A stretch of DNA of 64,000 bases from Candidatus Omnitrophota bacterium (GCA_903856085.1 CAIOAT010000047.1:84634-148633), one strand, 5' to 3'. Numbered from the stretch's first letter, positions 42,301-57,300 are shown. Made by a program: numbers and translations. Notes: generated by a model from the letters alone, not told the origin.

Positions 42301-45300
42301 TCTCCGTCATCTTCTGATCACGCAGCCGCAAATTAATATGTGCCGTTTGAGTCTCAAGCGAGGTCAGCGCTGTAGAGATCGCAGCCTCCGCAGCTTTGAT
42401 GTTCGTATTCGCCGGGTAACTGCCCAGCGCCCCAATCACCTCCAGGTAGTTCTCCTGCAGGGATTGCTTGAGCAGATCCGCCTGGCGCGCAAGCGACTCG
42501 ATCACCGAGGAAGACTGGACGCTGTCGGCAAACTGCGAAAGATCCAGGGCCGCAGCCGAGATATTGCCCGCACGGTCTTTCAACTCGAGGGCACGGGTTT
42601 CGACCGTCTGCATCGCGACATTCAAGGCAGCCAAAGAAGTCAGGATCGATTGAATCTCGGCCAGATAGCCCGCCGCGTTCGCTTTTTCGATCACCTGAGC
42701 CGCCGAGGCCGGGGCCTGGTCGATCTGCGCGATGATCACCTGGGCATCACTCAGGATACCCTCCAGCACATCGATGCGCGATTGCACATCTCCGGAGTTC
42801 GTCGCATTCAAAACATCCGCCGACGCGAGTTTCGCAGTCGAGAGCATCTGCTGCAGCTTCGCGATGGGACTCACTTCAGCCGCGGCGAGACCTTCTCTCT
42901 GCGCGATAAGCGCCTCGATCGCCGCAATATCTTGATCGATCGAATCGGAGACCTTCGTCGTCGCAGCCACGAGCGCCACTGAATCGAGATTGCTCTTCAG
43001 CATTTTGGCAAGCTTCTGGACGATCTTTGCGGTCTCGTCATTATTGGCCTTGATCTCGAGCATGGCGGCTTCAATAGCGTGTACCTGCGAAAGATCCTGC
43101 TCGGCCTGGGCCTGCGCGGCGAGATCCTTTACCATTTGCGCATTGCTTTGGAGGAGGTCCAGAGGATCCACGCCCCAAGCGGCAAAGAGAGCGCGAAGGT
43201 CCGTCAAATTAACCATCCCGTCGCCCGTGATATCGAACTCATTGACTTTCGAAACCATTTCTTCGATGCCTTGGATATCGCCGGCATCGATCACGCCATC
43301 GCCGTTGCGATCCACCGAAATGATGTCTTCGGAAGTCATGCCGTTTTTAACGGCCTCTACGATCTTTGTGAGCTTTTGAACATCCTCCCCATTGACCACC
43401 GAATTCCTCGTCTGGTCGGCCTTGGCCCAACTCGCGATGCTCTTCGCCAGATTAAGGGCATCCTGAGCATCGATCTTGCCGTCTTTATTGACGTCGGCTT
43501 TTTCCACCTGCGCCGTCGGGAGACTCCGCTTGTAATAATCCTGCATACGTTCAAAATCGGCCGCGGTAATCTTGTTGTCGGCATTGACGTCCACGCTGTT
43601 AAAATACGAGTTATTGATAAGCTGCTGGTCATAACGCGTGACTTTGCCGTCGGCATCAATATCCGCCAGTTTCGCCCGGGCGATGATATCGGTCCGGGAC
43701 TTTGCAATATCAGTGGCAATACGCATCACAAGATCCCGCACCTTCTCACCGGCCACTGCCGTCACAACGACGCGCCCCGCAACAAGTTTCGCATTGAGAT
43801 CCGCAACCTTGGCGGACGCCACGGTCAGAGAATCATTGATCCCGGCCACGAAGGTACGCGCCGCAAGCTCCAATACCTTCAGACTGTTGAGTGAGCCCTC
43901 GTCGATCTTCAGGGCATCCTCAAGAGGATTTAGACTTGCGTCGGAATAAGTCGTCACGCTCGACGCCAATTCTTTCGCGAGCTGCCCAAGTGCTTCCCAG
44001 ATCGCCATGCCCTTGGTCACGCGGAATGCGATCGCCGGCGATATCGCCGCAAGCTTCGCGTTGATGCCGGCCACTTCTTCTTCCGCGACGAATCTCAAGC
44101 CCGCCAGCTGTTTGGCCCGGTCCATACCCGCAAGCACCTTCGCAACCGCCTGGACCACCACATTGGCATTGACGCCAAGCAAAGGTTCGATGTCATTGAT
44201 CTGCAGGTCCGTGATGGGGATCAGGCTGTCATAGACCGTCTTGGCGGAAGTGACGATCGCGACATCCTTTTGATCGACCTTGCCATCTCCGTTCACGTCG
44301 ATAATATCGTTGATGACGTTCGCGAACGCGTCCACATCCGCTTGATCGAACTTGCCGTCATGATTCACATCAGCCCGAACAAACGCGTCTGTCTTTGTTC
44401 CCGCGTTCGACAAAGTCGAGATGGCCTGCCCCAGCTGCTGATAACGTTTGGCTTCCTCGACGAGCGCGATATCCTTTTCATCCACCACGCCGTCATTATT
44501 CACATCCTGGATCATGTAATTGGCGACGGCTTTCTTAAGCGCGATCCAGTCGCTCTCGTCGATTTGAGGCTTGAAAGGCAGCGTAAGCGCTGACGCCGTC
44601 GCAACTCCGTCCAGAAATTCGGGCGTTTTTGTGGAATCGACCAGGACACTCGAGTTCAACTGATCGGCCGGGACTTCAAAAACGGCGCGATCGAGATTCT
44701 CTTTGCCTTTAGTCAGCTGAGAATAGATCTCCGCTCGGGTTCCGTCGGACAGCATGTACGTGTCGGCGCGGATTCCCTTCGCAGCATCGTAGACATACTT
44801 CACAAGACCCGCCACCGCGGTTCCCGTAAGGAGGACCGTATAGATCGGCTGCTTGGAGGTGTTGAGCGAAGTGCGCTTGGTCCACTGGCTCGAGGTAATG
44901 CCGCTCACAAGAGCGGCGATCTCGCCGCTAATATTGAGACTGGTCTGCTGGGCCGGCGTAAGCGTATAGGTGTCCACAAGCGCAGAACCATCCGTCTCTA
45001 TGGCGTAGCGATGGAAGAGCGTCGGCTTTGTGCCGAGGGCGTCGCCCGTATGATTAAACTCGACGGAATACAAAGGATTGCGTTCGGAATCGAGATAGAC
45101 GCGTGCGGTCCGGGCGCTCGTCGCAAGCAAAGACAAACTTGTGCGTAACGCCGCCGCATCACCAAGGTTCTGCGTGAACGCTGCCTTCTGGTCCGCCGAC
45201 AAGACGAACTGATCGGCGGCAATGATCGCGCTCGTCGGGTCCGCGGCATCTTTCCGGATGAACTTATAGGCCGAGACGATCGATCGGTCGGTGCTCGACA

Positions 45301-48300
45301 GAACGAGCGAGTACTGGAGGTTGCCGCTCGCGTCATTGACAAACAGACTCGAATCCTTATTGATGTCATAAATAGGATTCAGGAGATCGGCTTTGGTGAA
45401 ACCCGTCTCCTTGCTTTCCATGATATCCGCTATGCGAACGACATCGGCATTATCGATCTTGCCGTCGCCGTTGACATCTCGGACTGACGTAAAGGTCGGG
45501 ACCCCGTTTGCGATCGTGATCTGGTATTGACCCGCGCCGATGCCGGCGATGGTCCCCGAGGCCACTTGGCCCGCGATCACCGTCCCGTTCAGCGCCACAT
45601 TCTTCAGGTTCGTGCCATCCACAGTGTAGGTCACTGTCCCGTCTGGGATCGTCGCTGTGGTGGTAGTTCCGGTCACGGGCGCAGCGACTTGGATCTTCGC
45701 CAGAGCCGCCGCAAGCATATCGCGATCGGAGAGCGTCACACCGCCGGTCTGATCGATATTCGCCTTGGCTATTTCGCCGGGCTCGGGAATCTTGAGCAGA
45801 TTGGCCGGATTTGCGTTGTATGCTTGGATGTAATCGATCACAGCCTGAACTCTCAGAAGATCCGCCTGACCCAGCTCATTTCCACCGGCAAGATTCAGAG
45901 ACTGAGGATTCTGATAAATGCTCCGGTAGAGATTGAAGTCGTCGTTATTCACCTGCCCGTCGCCGTTAAAATCAAGCATTGCCTTAAGTCCGGTGGTACC
46001 GTCCGCGCCGTAAAGGACGGTACCCCAATCATTGATGCTCGAAACCCCCGTGAGGCTTTCCGGGTGCAACAGATCGACCGCATCTTTCATGGCCTGCAGG
46101 CGGTCGACATCCTTCTGGTCGATCCAGTTGTCCCCATTTATGTCCATCTTATTGCTCAAACCTTGGACATAGGAACTCACATCGTGCGGCTCAACCAACA
46201 TCACGGACCCGTCAGTGGATAAGCGCACCTCGTAGACCACTGTTCCGAGGGTCACTCGCTGGATGCCGTCGGCGCCAATCTGCGACTTCGTACCGTTGAA
46301 GGAGTACGTGCCGTCGTCATTCTTGGCATAAGTGTAATTAGTGCTGTTCAATGCAAGGACCGTCGGGCTGACCACGGTGCTCTCGGCATGCTGCTGGGTC
46401 AGCGTGACACGCCCCCATGTATCCACGGCCAAAAGATAGATCTTACCGCCGATCGTGACATGCTTATCGCCCAACGTATTTTTAGATTCTTCCGGAACGC
46501 CGGAGAGTTTGGACTCGGTAAATGTGTAAACTCCCTGATTATCATCAGAAATGGTGAATTCGCGGCCGTCCACGATGAACTTCGCGGGGTTGAGGAGCGC
46601 CTCATAATTCTTGAGATCGGCCTCATCGACGATGCCGTCCTTATTGGTATCCGCTTTGAGATAATCCTGCAGGGTGAAGCTCGTCCCGAGAGCGAAGTAC
46701 TGGGTGAGCTTTTCGGCCTGAGCGACATCCGCCTCGTTGACCACGCCATCATTATTCAGGTCATACTCATAGAGCTTGTTGGCTGTCGCGAGAAGCATGG
46801 CCTTGTCCGTATCGTCGACCTTGCCGTCTTTATTCACATCAGCCAGGGCGAGATCCTCGGGGGTAATATTGAGGCTGAAGTATTGCTGCATGTCATTGGC
46901 GAGGCTGAGATCGAGCGAATCAAAAACCCCGTCCCCGTTCAGATCGCGATCGGCCATCGCCGCGATCGACGCCTCCAGAGCATCAACATCTTGACCGTTT
47001 ACCTCATTGTCACCATTAACATCAGCGCGATTGTAATCTTGCGGCTGGATCACTTCGCCGCGACCGGCCGCATCCTTGACCGATTGGACCTTGGCAAGCA
47101 GCGCCGTCAACGCAGCGGGAGTCAGATCGGCTGTGGTGATCTGAGCACCCGCGTTTTCGGGCTTTTGATTATAATTCGCCACATAGCCCTTAAGCGCAGC
47201 CAAGCCATCGTTCAGCTTTGTCAGGTCATCGCCAGTGACCGTTCCGCTGCCGTCCAGATCCGCCACGGCCCCTTCGTAATATTGTTTTTTGTTTAGATCG
47301 TACACTTCGCCGCCGATCGTGACGCGGAGAGGCGCTGGATTACGCGTGGTGGTTTCGACTTTGAGATTATCGAACTTCGCGGTCGTTTCGGTCGCCAGAA
47401 GCGCGATGCGCCCGGAGGTGAGAGCCGTATCGGTCACCGAGGCCACCTTCTTTCCGTTCACCCACACGTTGATCTTGCCGCTGTCATACTCGATCCGGAC
47501 CTTGGCCGTCTGGTCTTTCGCCCACGTGAAGCCGAGCGGGACCTGGACCGAAGAGTTCACCGGCATATCCTGGACATTTCCGGCGACTTTCTTACTGAGC
47601 GAAAGCATGCCGGTTTGGCCATTGATGGAAAGCTGGTAATAATTGTTGGCGTCCTGGTCATTGAACCGGATCTGGACCTGGTCGCTTCCTTCGGTCGTCA
47701 CGACATCCGTCTCGAACGCGAAAGCGCCCTGCGTCACAAGGGACGTCAGAAGCTCGGTCGATTCCCCGGCCGTGGTCGTCTTGATCGTTTTGAGCACGTT
47801 GTTGGAAACCACCCAGAGGCCCGACTTGATAACCCAGTCCGGAGGCATGACATTGGAGTCGAAATTGGTATTCACGACCGACGTCAAGATCTCCGGGTTC
47901 GTCGTGTAGGTCACGGACGGATTCGTGGCAAGAACGAAAGTGTAAGTCGAATCGGCGTTCTTCCGTATCCAGTATTCCTTGCCGTCCAGGAGAATGCTTT
48001 CATCATACTTGTGAGCGCTCACGTTGTCGTACTGCTCGACCAGCTTGATCGTTCCGGTAAAGCTGTCGCGCAACACGTTATAGATCTTGTTCTTGATCTC
48101 CACCCGGTTGGAGGTGGCGTTCGTGGTAAAGGTTTTGTAGCCGTCAAAAAGCAGGTAACTTCCGTCGCCGCGGTCGGTCACCCGGTAATCAACACCCTCA
48201 AGACTGATGAGCTGGTCAGCCGCGGTCACCGACGTCTCGAATTTCTGGATAAGCGACAGTCTGCCTTTGTCACGGTCGAAACGGACGAGATATGTTTTAC

Positions 48301-51300
48301 CGTCGAGCGTGATCTCGTTGGACTTCGGATCGCTTATCTGCCCGTTGATCACATAATTGCCGGCGACGTTGATACTCCAAGTGAACTTAATCTTGGCTTC
48401 TTTGTTGTCAGCGGAACAATTATCGCTCGGCGGATCGCAGATGGTGCCATTCATAGCCTGAGGACCGCCGTCCGCTGAGGAGTAATTCTTGTGCGGCTCC
48501 ACAAGCTGGATCCCGATCTTCCGCGTAAGATCATTTTGGATCTGGTACGAAACATTATCCAATGTGATAAAGCGAGATGCCGCATCTCCCTTGACCGCCA
48601 CCTTGGTGTCTTTGTCGGTAAAGGTGAGAGAACCGTCACGGTTTTCCGTCACGTAGTAAGTGCGGCCCCCTATCTCAAGGACCTGATCCGCCAGCGTTTC
48701 GCTTACGAGATGACGTTCGATGAGACTCACGAAGCCGGTGAAAGGATCCTGCGCGATATCATAGAGGATGCCGTCGAGCTCCACGCTCGGCTCAGTGTCA
48801 TAACTCTTCACCTCGGGTTGGCCGCCTAACACAAAACCAAACTTCATGTTCCCGTGATCGATGACGCCGTAAGTCTTGCCCTTAACTTCGATCACCTGAT
48901 CAAAGCGGTGCTGGCTCGCCTTGGTCGCTTCGACCAGCGTGACCACGCCGGTATCTTTATCCACCTGGATCTGGAACACCGTGCCGCGGATCTCGACCGT
49001 CATGTCCGCATTGCTTGTGGCGCTCTCGGTTCCGGATTTAAATGTGTAAAGATTCCCAACAGGAACCACATCCCAGGTGGCGCCAAGCAATTTCAGGACA
49101 TAGCCTTCTTTGCGAACACTCGTGTCAAACGGCGCGATCAGCTTCACTTCACCCGATCCCGAGATTTGCAGGTCATAGAGCACGTTATTGATCGTGACCT
49201 GTTGCTTGCCGCCGGCCACCACGCTCGAGCTTGCGCTGTGAACGCCGTCGGTGAAGGTATAAATGTTCCCGACCTTCAGATACGAATACTCCGTGACGAG
49301 AACTCCGCCTGTCACAGGATTGACTCCCTGAAGATCGATCTTGGTGGCAGTCACTCGTTCGCTTTCCGAATGGCGCTCGACTAGCTTGTCGAGCTTCTGC
49401 GATCCGTCAAAATAGAGGTCGTAGATCTTGTCGCCGATCTTGACAAAGTTGACGCCCAGGAAGCTCCGGTATTCGCTGTCCGCGTTGTAGAAGGTGTAAG
49501 TCCCGTTGTCGTTCTTGCGGGTCAGATATTCAGTGCCTCCGATGATCATCTTGTCGGTCCCGACCCACTCGCTGCGAAGCGCCGTAGTGCCCACCAAGGA
49601 CAACCTCTCGCTCGTCACGACGTTGAGCTGCTGGAATTTCATCACATCCGTGATCAATTGGACATCCGCATCATTGACCACACCGTCGCCGTTGAGGTCC
49701 TTCTTGAGGGCGAGGGCCGATTCGATCAATTTATAATCCATTTCCGTTATAAGGCCGTCGCCATTCACGTCGATCTGCGCAAGTTCCGACGGTGACAAGG
49801 AGCCGGTGGCTTGCATCTGCTGGACCGTCTGCTGAAGCGCGATGGCATCGTCATAATTGACCTGCCCATCCCCCAGATAGTCCGCCTCGACCAGAAGCGA
49901 CGCGTAATTTGTGAGCGAATCATTAAGATTCGCCACATCATCCGCGGTGATCTTCTTATCGCCGTTCACATCGGCCCGAGCCAACTCATCCGCAGTGATA
50001 TTCTCCTTCAGGCCGTCAATGATCGCACCGAGCCTGGTGACATCCGCCGTATCCCCAACGCCGCCCCGTCCGTCGATATTAAAGGTCGTGTTCAAAACCT
50101 TCTTCATATCCTCGACGTCATTCTGGTCGACTTTGCCGTCCCCATTGATATCGGCCGCCTTGAGTTCCTTGGGCTGTTTTGCCTGCCCCAGCTTGAGAGC
50201 TTTCAGGATGTCGTCCATCGTGGCAAGATCGCCGTCGTCAAATTTCCCGTCGCCATTGAGATCGTACTTGCTGCTGGCGGTTACATATTCCCTGAGCGCA
50301 TTCGCGTCATTGTAATCGACTTTTCCGTCATGATTGACGTCGGCAATCGTCACTTTTTCAGCGGTGACTTTTCCCGGCTGCTGATCGAGCGTCCACCCGT
50401 CGATCGGGTTGTCGATCAGATCCTGAACCGTGTGCTTCACGCCATCGATCGTGATGACGTTTTCACCGGTCGTGCGGTCGATCTCACTTGTGATCTTCTC
50501 GGTTCCGTTCGATATGGCGTATGAGGCGTTCTGAAGATCGAGAATGGTCCAAAGACTATCGACGTCCAACTGGTCCACCAATCCGTCGCCGTTCACGTCC
50601 TGATAGTTCCTGGCAAGACGGCGCAGCTCGGCGCGGTCGGCGTCATCGAATGTACCGTCTTTATTGACATCCGCACGGGCGAGATCGCGCGGCTGCGGCA
50701 GATGGAGGTTCATGACGTCCTTGAGGCTGTAAACCTTGCCGTTCACCATGATGACGGGCACCGGTCTCTTCACCCGGCTCGAAAGCGTATAACCCGTCAA
50801 GAGGGTCGGATCATCGGTCAGGTCGATCACTGAGTACGTCTTCCCGTTGACCGTGATGATGTCCTCGCCGGTCACGGCATCGATCTCGCTGTCGATGCGC
50901 TCGGTGGTGCCATCCTTCGTCACGAAATAGGAAAAATCATTGCTGTAATAATAGGTTGTTCCGTCGAAGAGTGTGTACCCCTCTTCATTCTGCGTCACTT
51001 TATATTTGACGCCGCCCAGCGTGATCATGTTCTCCTCGGATTGCGCTTCTGACACCCATTCGACCAACTGGATGCCCTGCGCCACGCCTTCATCCAGGAT
51101 CTTGAAGAGCACTCCGTTGAGAGTGACCGTTGGCACCAGGATCGACCCGTCGGATTTCAGCTCGCTTGTTATTGCGGCGCTGTCGTTCTCTCCCCGGATC
51201 TCATAGCGGTCACTGCCCAGGCGCAGGATCATGTACTTTTTCCCCTGCAACTGAACCACGGAATCCGCCTTCTTGACGCTCACCACATTGGGGATATCCA

Positions 51301-54300
51301 GGCGGATGTGCCCGGTGACCTCGTCTTTGACGACCAGCGAGGTGATCCCGTTGATCACGATAAGCCCGGACACCTTGTCGCTCGTATACCGGTTCAGCCC
51401 GTCAAACAAACTGTAGGAGCCGTCCCCGTTATCCGTGGTCTGATAGAGATCGCCGTTCAACTCAATCACAGAGCCCGTAACGTCGGTGGTGCTTGCGACC
51501 CCCTCCACAACAGCTACCTTCGTGGCCTTGAGCAGGCCATTGGGGAAAGAAACGTTATAGACAATATTTCCGATCGTGACCTTGTTGTCCGCGACCTGGA
51601 AAACTTCACCGACATCGTTTGTCAGGGCCCACTTCCCGGCGGACAGGGTCACAAGATATTTTTTATCATTTAAAAGAATGAGCTGCTTGGCGACTTCGGC
51701 GAGCGGCTGAACCGAACCTGCCAACGAGATGCGTCCGCCTTCGAGAGCGACAATATCGAAATCAGACCCGTTCACAGTAATCAGAGTCCCGTCGGCATTT
51801 CCTACAAAGCTCGCGCCGGAGAGAAGGTCCTTCATCTGATAGGCTCCGGTAACCAATTTTGAAACGGAATATTCGCGGCCCTGGAGCTTCAAGATTTGAA
51901 TAAATTCAGGCCGCGCTTCCGTCAGAGAAAAACCGCTCGTGGCATTGATCGCGTAGAGGACGTTCCGGATCGAGATGGTCTTGCCGTCCGCAGAGCTCCA
52001 GTAAGTCTCTGTTCCGTCTGACAATTTGAATCCATCGCCGACAGTCTCCACCGTGTAATACTTATTCCCAAGAAGAAGTGCGTCCTTCAGCCCCAGAACT
52101 CCCTCGGCATGCTTCTCGACCAGTTGGATGCCTTCGGGAGCTTGCTTGATGTCATAGAGCACACCGTCGATTAGCACCGTGCGGCCGTCGGCATCGCTCT
52201 GGTAAGTCGCACGGAGACCGGGTTTGTACCTGTCTTCACGCGAGAAGGTATAAGTCCCGTCGTAATTGGCAAGCACCCAGATCTTCTCCCAGGAGTTTTG
52301 GCCTGTTTGACCCGCGCCCCGGTCAAAGAAGACGACCTGATTCGCCTTCACGACATTTCTTTCGACGAACACCAGCGCTCCGCCGGAAGACACGATCTCG
52401 AAGGGCTTCCCTTTAATCTCGATCACATCCCCCACGCGACCCGAAACAGTGCGCACATGCGTCGTATCGGTCGCCGCTATCGTTTCATCGGTGAGATAGA
52501 TCTCCCCGTCGTCCTTTTCCTCGATCGTCAGGAGCGTTTTGTTCAGCGTCACCTTGCGCGCCGAAGTCGCGGATTGAGTCCATGTCACTGAGACGTCAAA
52601 GACATCGCTGCCCTGGACATCGTAGACAACGCCGTCAAAAAGCGTTTCGGAATTGAACTTCGTATCAAAAGGATTTTGACCGTTATCGAGCGTCACGTAG
52701 TCGGGTGATCCGGAGGTTGCGCGCACCGCCCAAAGATCCCCGCCGACTTTCACGACTGGATCCGTGATCCAGACAAAATCGCCCGCGGCCAAGACCTTGT
52801 TCGTGATCGTATTCACTCCGTCCGTCAGATCATACGTGCCGCCTGAATCACGCGTCACCGAATAAATATTATTCTGCCACTTGATCATTTTTCCGGAGGC
52901 CGCCCGGACGCTCGAGCGTTCGGTCTGGAAGTGCACGGTGCCGGAACCATCGATGGAGACCTGATACTTGATACCACCCACTGTGATCAAATTCTTCGCC
53001 GACGTAATATCCGGAAGACCCGGAGCCGGCGACAAAAGCTTCACTTCCCCGCCCGCGATCTTATCGATCCGGTAAGTCGTCCCACCGAACGCGATCTCCT
53101 GGAAGTCGGTATAAGCCGTATCGCTGTTGGCGGTCGACAGGGTCACCGTCCCCGTCATTTCATCGACCGTTCCGGTATATTTGACACATCCGGAGGCAGA
53201 ACACAGTTCCAACTCATGACCCGCAAGCGGCGGGACATAAAGCACATCGGCGTGACCCGTTTTGGGATCAGTAATGTCAAAAACCTGATAACCGGCGACA
53301 ACCGTCGCAGAGGGCGTGATGCGGTATTCCGTCCCGGCCAGCACGATCGTTTGCAGACCGTCCGCCAATTTCACCGCGGTCTTGTGGGTCACAAGCTGCG
53401 GACCTCCTTGCTGGATCACAACCAAATTCGTCTCGGGATTGAAAAGCCCGATCTGCGATTCGATCGACTCTTGCCCGTTGTCAAAATAGTAGGTGTCGGC
53501 GCTCTTGGTCCTCACTTCGTAGATATCCTGTCCGGACTTCACAAATGTCTTCGCGGCGTCGTATTTCAAAACCGTGTTAAGAAGCGTCGGGCTGTCAATG
53601 GCTCCCGAGGCCGACTTGAGGGTCAGTTGCTCGGTGCCGTCCCGGCGCAACGGATCCGGCTCAACCGTAAGACCGGTGACGACAAATGTAAAGCCGGTCG
53701 GCTTCCCTGCGGAAGAGGTGACGCTGAAGTTATATTTGTATTTGCCAATGATGATGGGTCGGTTGGTAAGCGGCAGGCCTGCAAAAGAAAACTGCATAGG
53801 ATTCGAGCTCGGGTCATACACGACATCCCCATTGGCATCGCGAATTTCTGCGTACCAATCGGCATTATCAATCTGGGTCCGATCCTTTACGGAAACGTTG
53901 TACGTCGTTCCGTCCAACACAAAACTGGATGCAAAACTAATTTCAGTTTCCACGAATTTGAAAGCGGTCGGCTTCCCCTCGGAAGTGGAAACGCTAAAAT
54001 TATAAGTGTGGCCGTCCATCGTCACAGATTTGTCGACGAAGTCCGTTAGCGTGGACGATGTAAAATGAGTAACCTCAGCTTCCGAAGCATCATAAATGCC
54101 GACATACCAGGTGCCAGAGCCATCGTAATTTTCCTTGATGGAAGCAGAATAGTCCTTTCCGGCCAAGGCAAAGGCGGAGGTTTGATACTTGGAGTCCGAG
54201 GCAACCAAGTTGAATCCGCTGGGTTTCCCGCTGACAACATTCGTAGTAACGCTAAGTTTATAGTAGTGATATTCTCCATCCGCGCCTATAAGACTGATCT

Positions 54301-57300
54301 GTTGACCATTAGGAACATAGTCATAATCATAATACGTCCTGTCGTAAGACCCCGCGTCATCGTAGATCCGGACATGATCTTCCGCTACCGTAACGTGATA
54401 GTCCGTTTTATCCGCCGCTGTAAAAGTTGATTCGTAAGTATAATCAGTGGCGACGAATTTAAACTTCAGGGGGCTGAGACTCGAAACGTTAAAATCAAAG
54501 GCATGATAGTTCGAGTCGGAACCGTAGAGGCTTATGGATGTTGTAGTCGGAGGATTGGCTGATGACATCCCAAGCTCACTAAGGTCAGCAGGATAGTATT
54601 GAAGGTCAGTGTTATCGTTATAAATCCTGACAAACCAGGTGCCAGAAACATCGCCCGTATCAGGGTCCGTAGAACGCTGATCTTCCACATAAATATTACA
54701 AACCGTTTCTTTCGAGGTTCCTGCATAAAAAGTTTTACTTGCTGTATAAATGCCGTCAGAAGGATTGGTAGTTGATACAACGCTCGTCAAACCCCAGGTC
54801 GAAATAGTCTTCGGAATGGTCTCCGCTGTCGCGCCCCAACTGGGTATATCCAAGTTGATACTCTGGCCCCAACTCGGTATCTCCACCGTGGTTTGAGGAA
54901 TGCTCGCAGGATCAAAGGCCGGCAGGAGAAGGTTGCCCGTCGCCAGGAACTTGTAACCCGACAGCACGATCTCATTACTCCCCGGCGTTATCGAGAGAGG
55001 CCACACTACATCTTGACCAGGATACCAGGATTTTATTTCCTCCACACTGTACCCGTACTGGATGTAAGGAAAGACAGAAGAATCGACCAAAACCAGTCCG
55101 TTCGAAGCCGTGTCATAAGCCCAGTTATATGTTTTGCCGAGCACGCTGATCGAGTACGAACCATTCAAAGGACTTTGAATCGTCACAGCTTCCAGTGTCG
55201 GGTTGGCGGCCGTTCCTTTGAGTTCATACAACCGGGAATCGATCTCAACGATCGTTTTACCGCTCGGCACCCAGGCCGGTGGGGCCGCGACAAACTTGAA
55301 TTTGAAGGGCACGTCATCTTGAACCAGGACGCTAAAATCACAACTGACATTTCCAAGCGTTATCGGGCTGTTCACCGTGGAAAGCGGATAGATATAATCC
55401 TGCCAGACCACAGCACCATCAGCCGTATGAATGCGGCCATACCAGTAATTTTCCCCATAAACGTCCCAGTCAATGTTGTACGTTGTTCCGAGCAATGAAA
55501 AGGTCGTCGAGAAACTGTCGGTCGGGATATTCACCTCTGCGCTCGAAACGCGATCCGTGAAAAAGTGGATGGGCGTGCCGTCGCCGTTCGTGATGACGAT
55601 CTTTCCGGCCACATCCTTCATCTCGTAATAATTGTCACCACTCTTGACGACCCGTGAAGTCAGATCCTGAGTCACCGGTCTCACAAGGGTCGCCTCGACA
55701 ATTCCCGAGGCATTCTTTGTGATCGTGAAGGTCGAACCGGACAAATCGATCGTGCCGTTTTGCAGAATCGTCTGGGTACTGCCATCCGGCATCTTGAAGC
55801 CCATGCTCCCGTTGACATTCATCGTAATTTCGTACCGCGTGCCGTTATAAAACAGGTCTTCTTTGGGCAGAGACATGGTCGCCACAACGCTTTGAACAAG
55901 ACTGAGCGACCCGTCCCCGGCCGTCTGGATCCCATAGAGAGTACTCGGGAATTGGACCGACTGACCCGCCGCATCTGACGTGATGGGAGCAACTCCCGCG
56001 GCAAGCGGCGTAAAAACATAGTGCGTCGAGACCTTCGTAACGCGGTACACCACCCCGTCGACCTTGATCTCGTAAGCCGAAGTCATGTGGGCCGAGACGT
56101 CATCGGATTGGATGCTGATCTGACCCTCGGGGCTTTGCTGGATCGAGAACTTCACGTTCGACAGCGTAATCTTGCCATCCGGCGAATAGATCTCGGCCCC
56201 CGTCGCCTTGTTCACGAACCTGTAACGCGTGTCCGGCTTATCAATCTGATACGTGATGCCCTCGAACTGCAATTCCTGAATAATGGCTGTCACATGTGCG
56301 CTCTTGCGGACCGTGCGGATCTCGATATACCCGTCGGTGGTCGTTTCCACTTCATAAACCGCCCCTCCAAGTGACACCGTACCGTCAGTCGTGAGAACCG
56401 GCTCCTGGCCCTGAACCGTGAAGGCGTAGTTACCGCCGCCGAGATCACTGACCATATAGGAAACGCCCTCGAGCCGTATCTCTTGATCATTAAGAACCTC
56501 GGCGATCTCAGGCAGAGCATCGACCTGGATCATGTTCAGGATCGGATTGTAAGTCACGGCAAACGGGGTCAAACCAGGAATGGTGAGACTAGTAATGTTA
56601 TTGCTGGTGACGGTGGTGTAAATCTTGCTCGTGTCACTTACCGGCGAAAAGCTCCACTCGCCATCCCACACGCCGTTAGTGAGTTCCTTGACCACCAGAT
56701 AATCCTGACCATTCACGGTGGTAACGAATTGGGCCGCCTGAACGCTTGTTTCATAATCTTGCTTAACCTGAAGATCGTTCAAGGTCGTTCCCGTAACGAG
56801 GAAAAGCTTTCCGTTCAATGTCACGGTGTGGCCCGATGCGGAAGTCTCACTCGTAAAAGTATGCGTACCGTCGCTAAACACAAATTCGCCGCCGACAAGG
56901 GTCACGGCATAATTCACTCCGCCGGCGCTCAGCACGGTTTGGGAAGCAGCTGTGGCGGATTCCGGGTTCTTCGAAAGGTCCACGATCTCATACGTCACGG
57001 GCTTGGGAACGATCGAGATCGCACCGGTCGAAGGATTCTTCGACACGCGATAAACGGTATCATTCATAATCAATTCCTGGTTCTCCGTGCTCGTGAAAGT
57101 GCCCACCGGCGAGTGGAAGCGATAAGTCCCGTCCCCGAGATCCGTCACGGTATAAAGCCTGCCGCTGACAAGGATCGCGTCGGACTTGGCCGCCGTTGCA
57201 GTTTCGGGCGAACGTTCAATGACCTTTCCGATCTCTTGCGGGAAATAAGCCTCCAACAGGCTCTTATTGAGTCTCATGAGTTCCGACACGGACATGTCGT

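Larger units (their letters stand above)
20500..44200 (-). other. ~7,900 aa alpha-helical stalk (coiled-coil and helical-bundle repeats) with small globular inserts
   Basis: Ala/Gln/Thr/Asp/Lys-rich, Pro-poor heptad-like sequence with recurring turns (e.g. AANPKNSQL, EANPSNTTL); inserts near 25.0-25.3, 27.0-27.8, 28.4-28.9 and 32.2-32.65 kb. Confidence 0.75.

Noticed and set aside
43195-50690. Recurring DNA words such as gccgtcgccgtt and cttgccgtc as CRISPR or REP repeats
   Set aside because: Explained by codons of the DxNGDGK loops; irregular spacing and no constant repeat-spacer structure.
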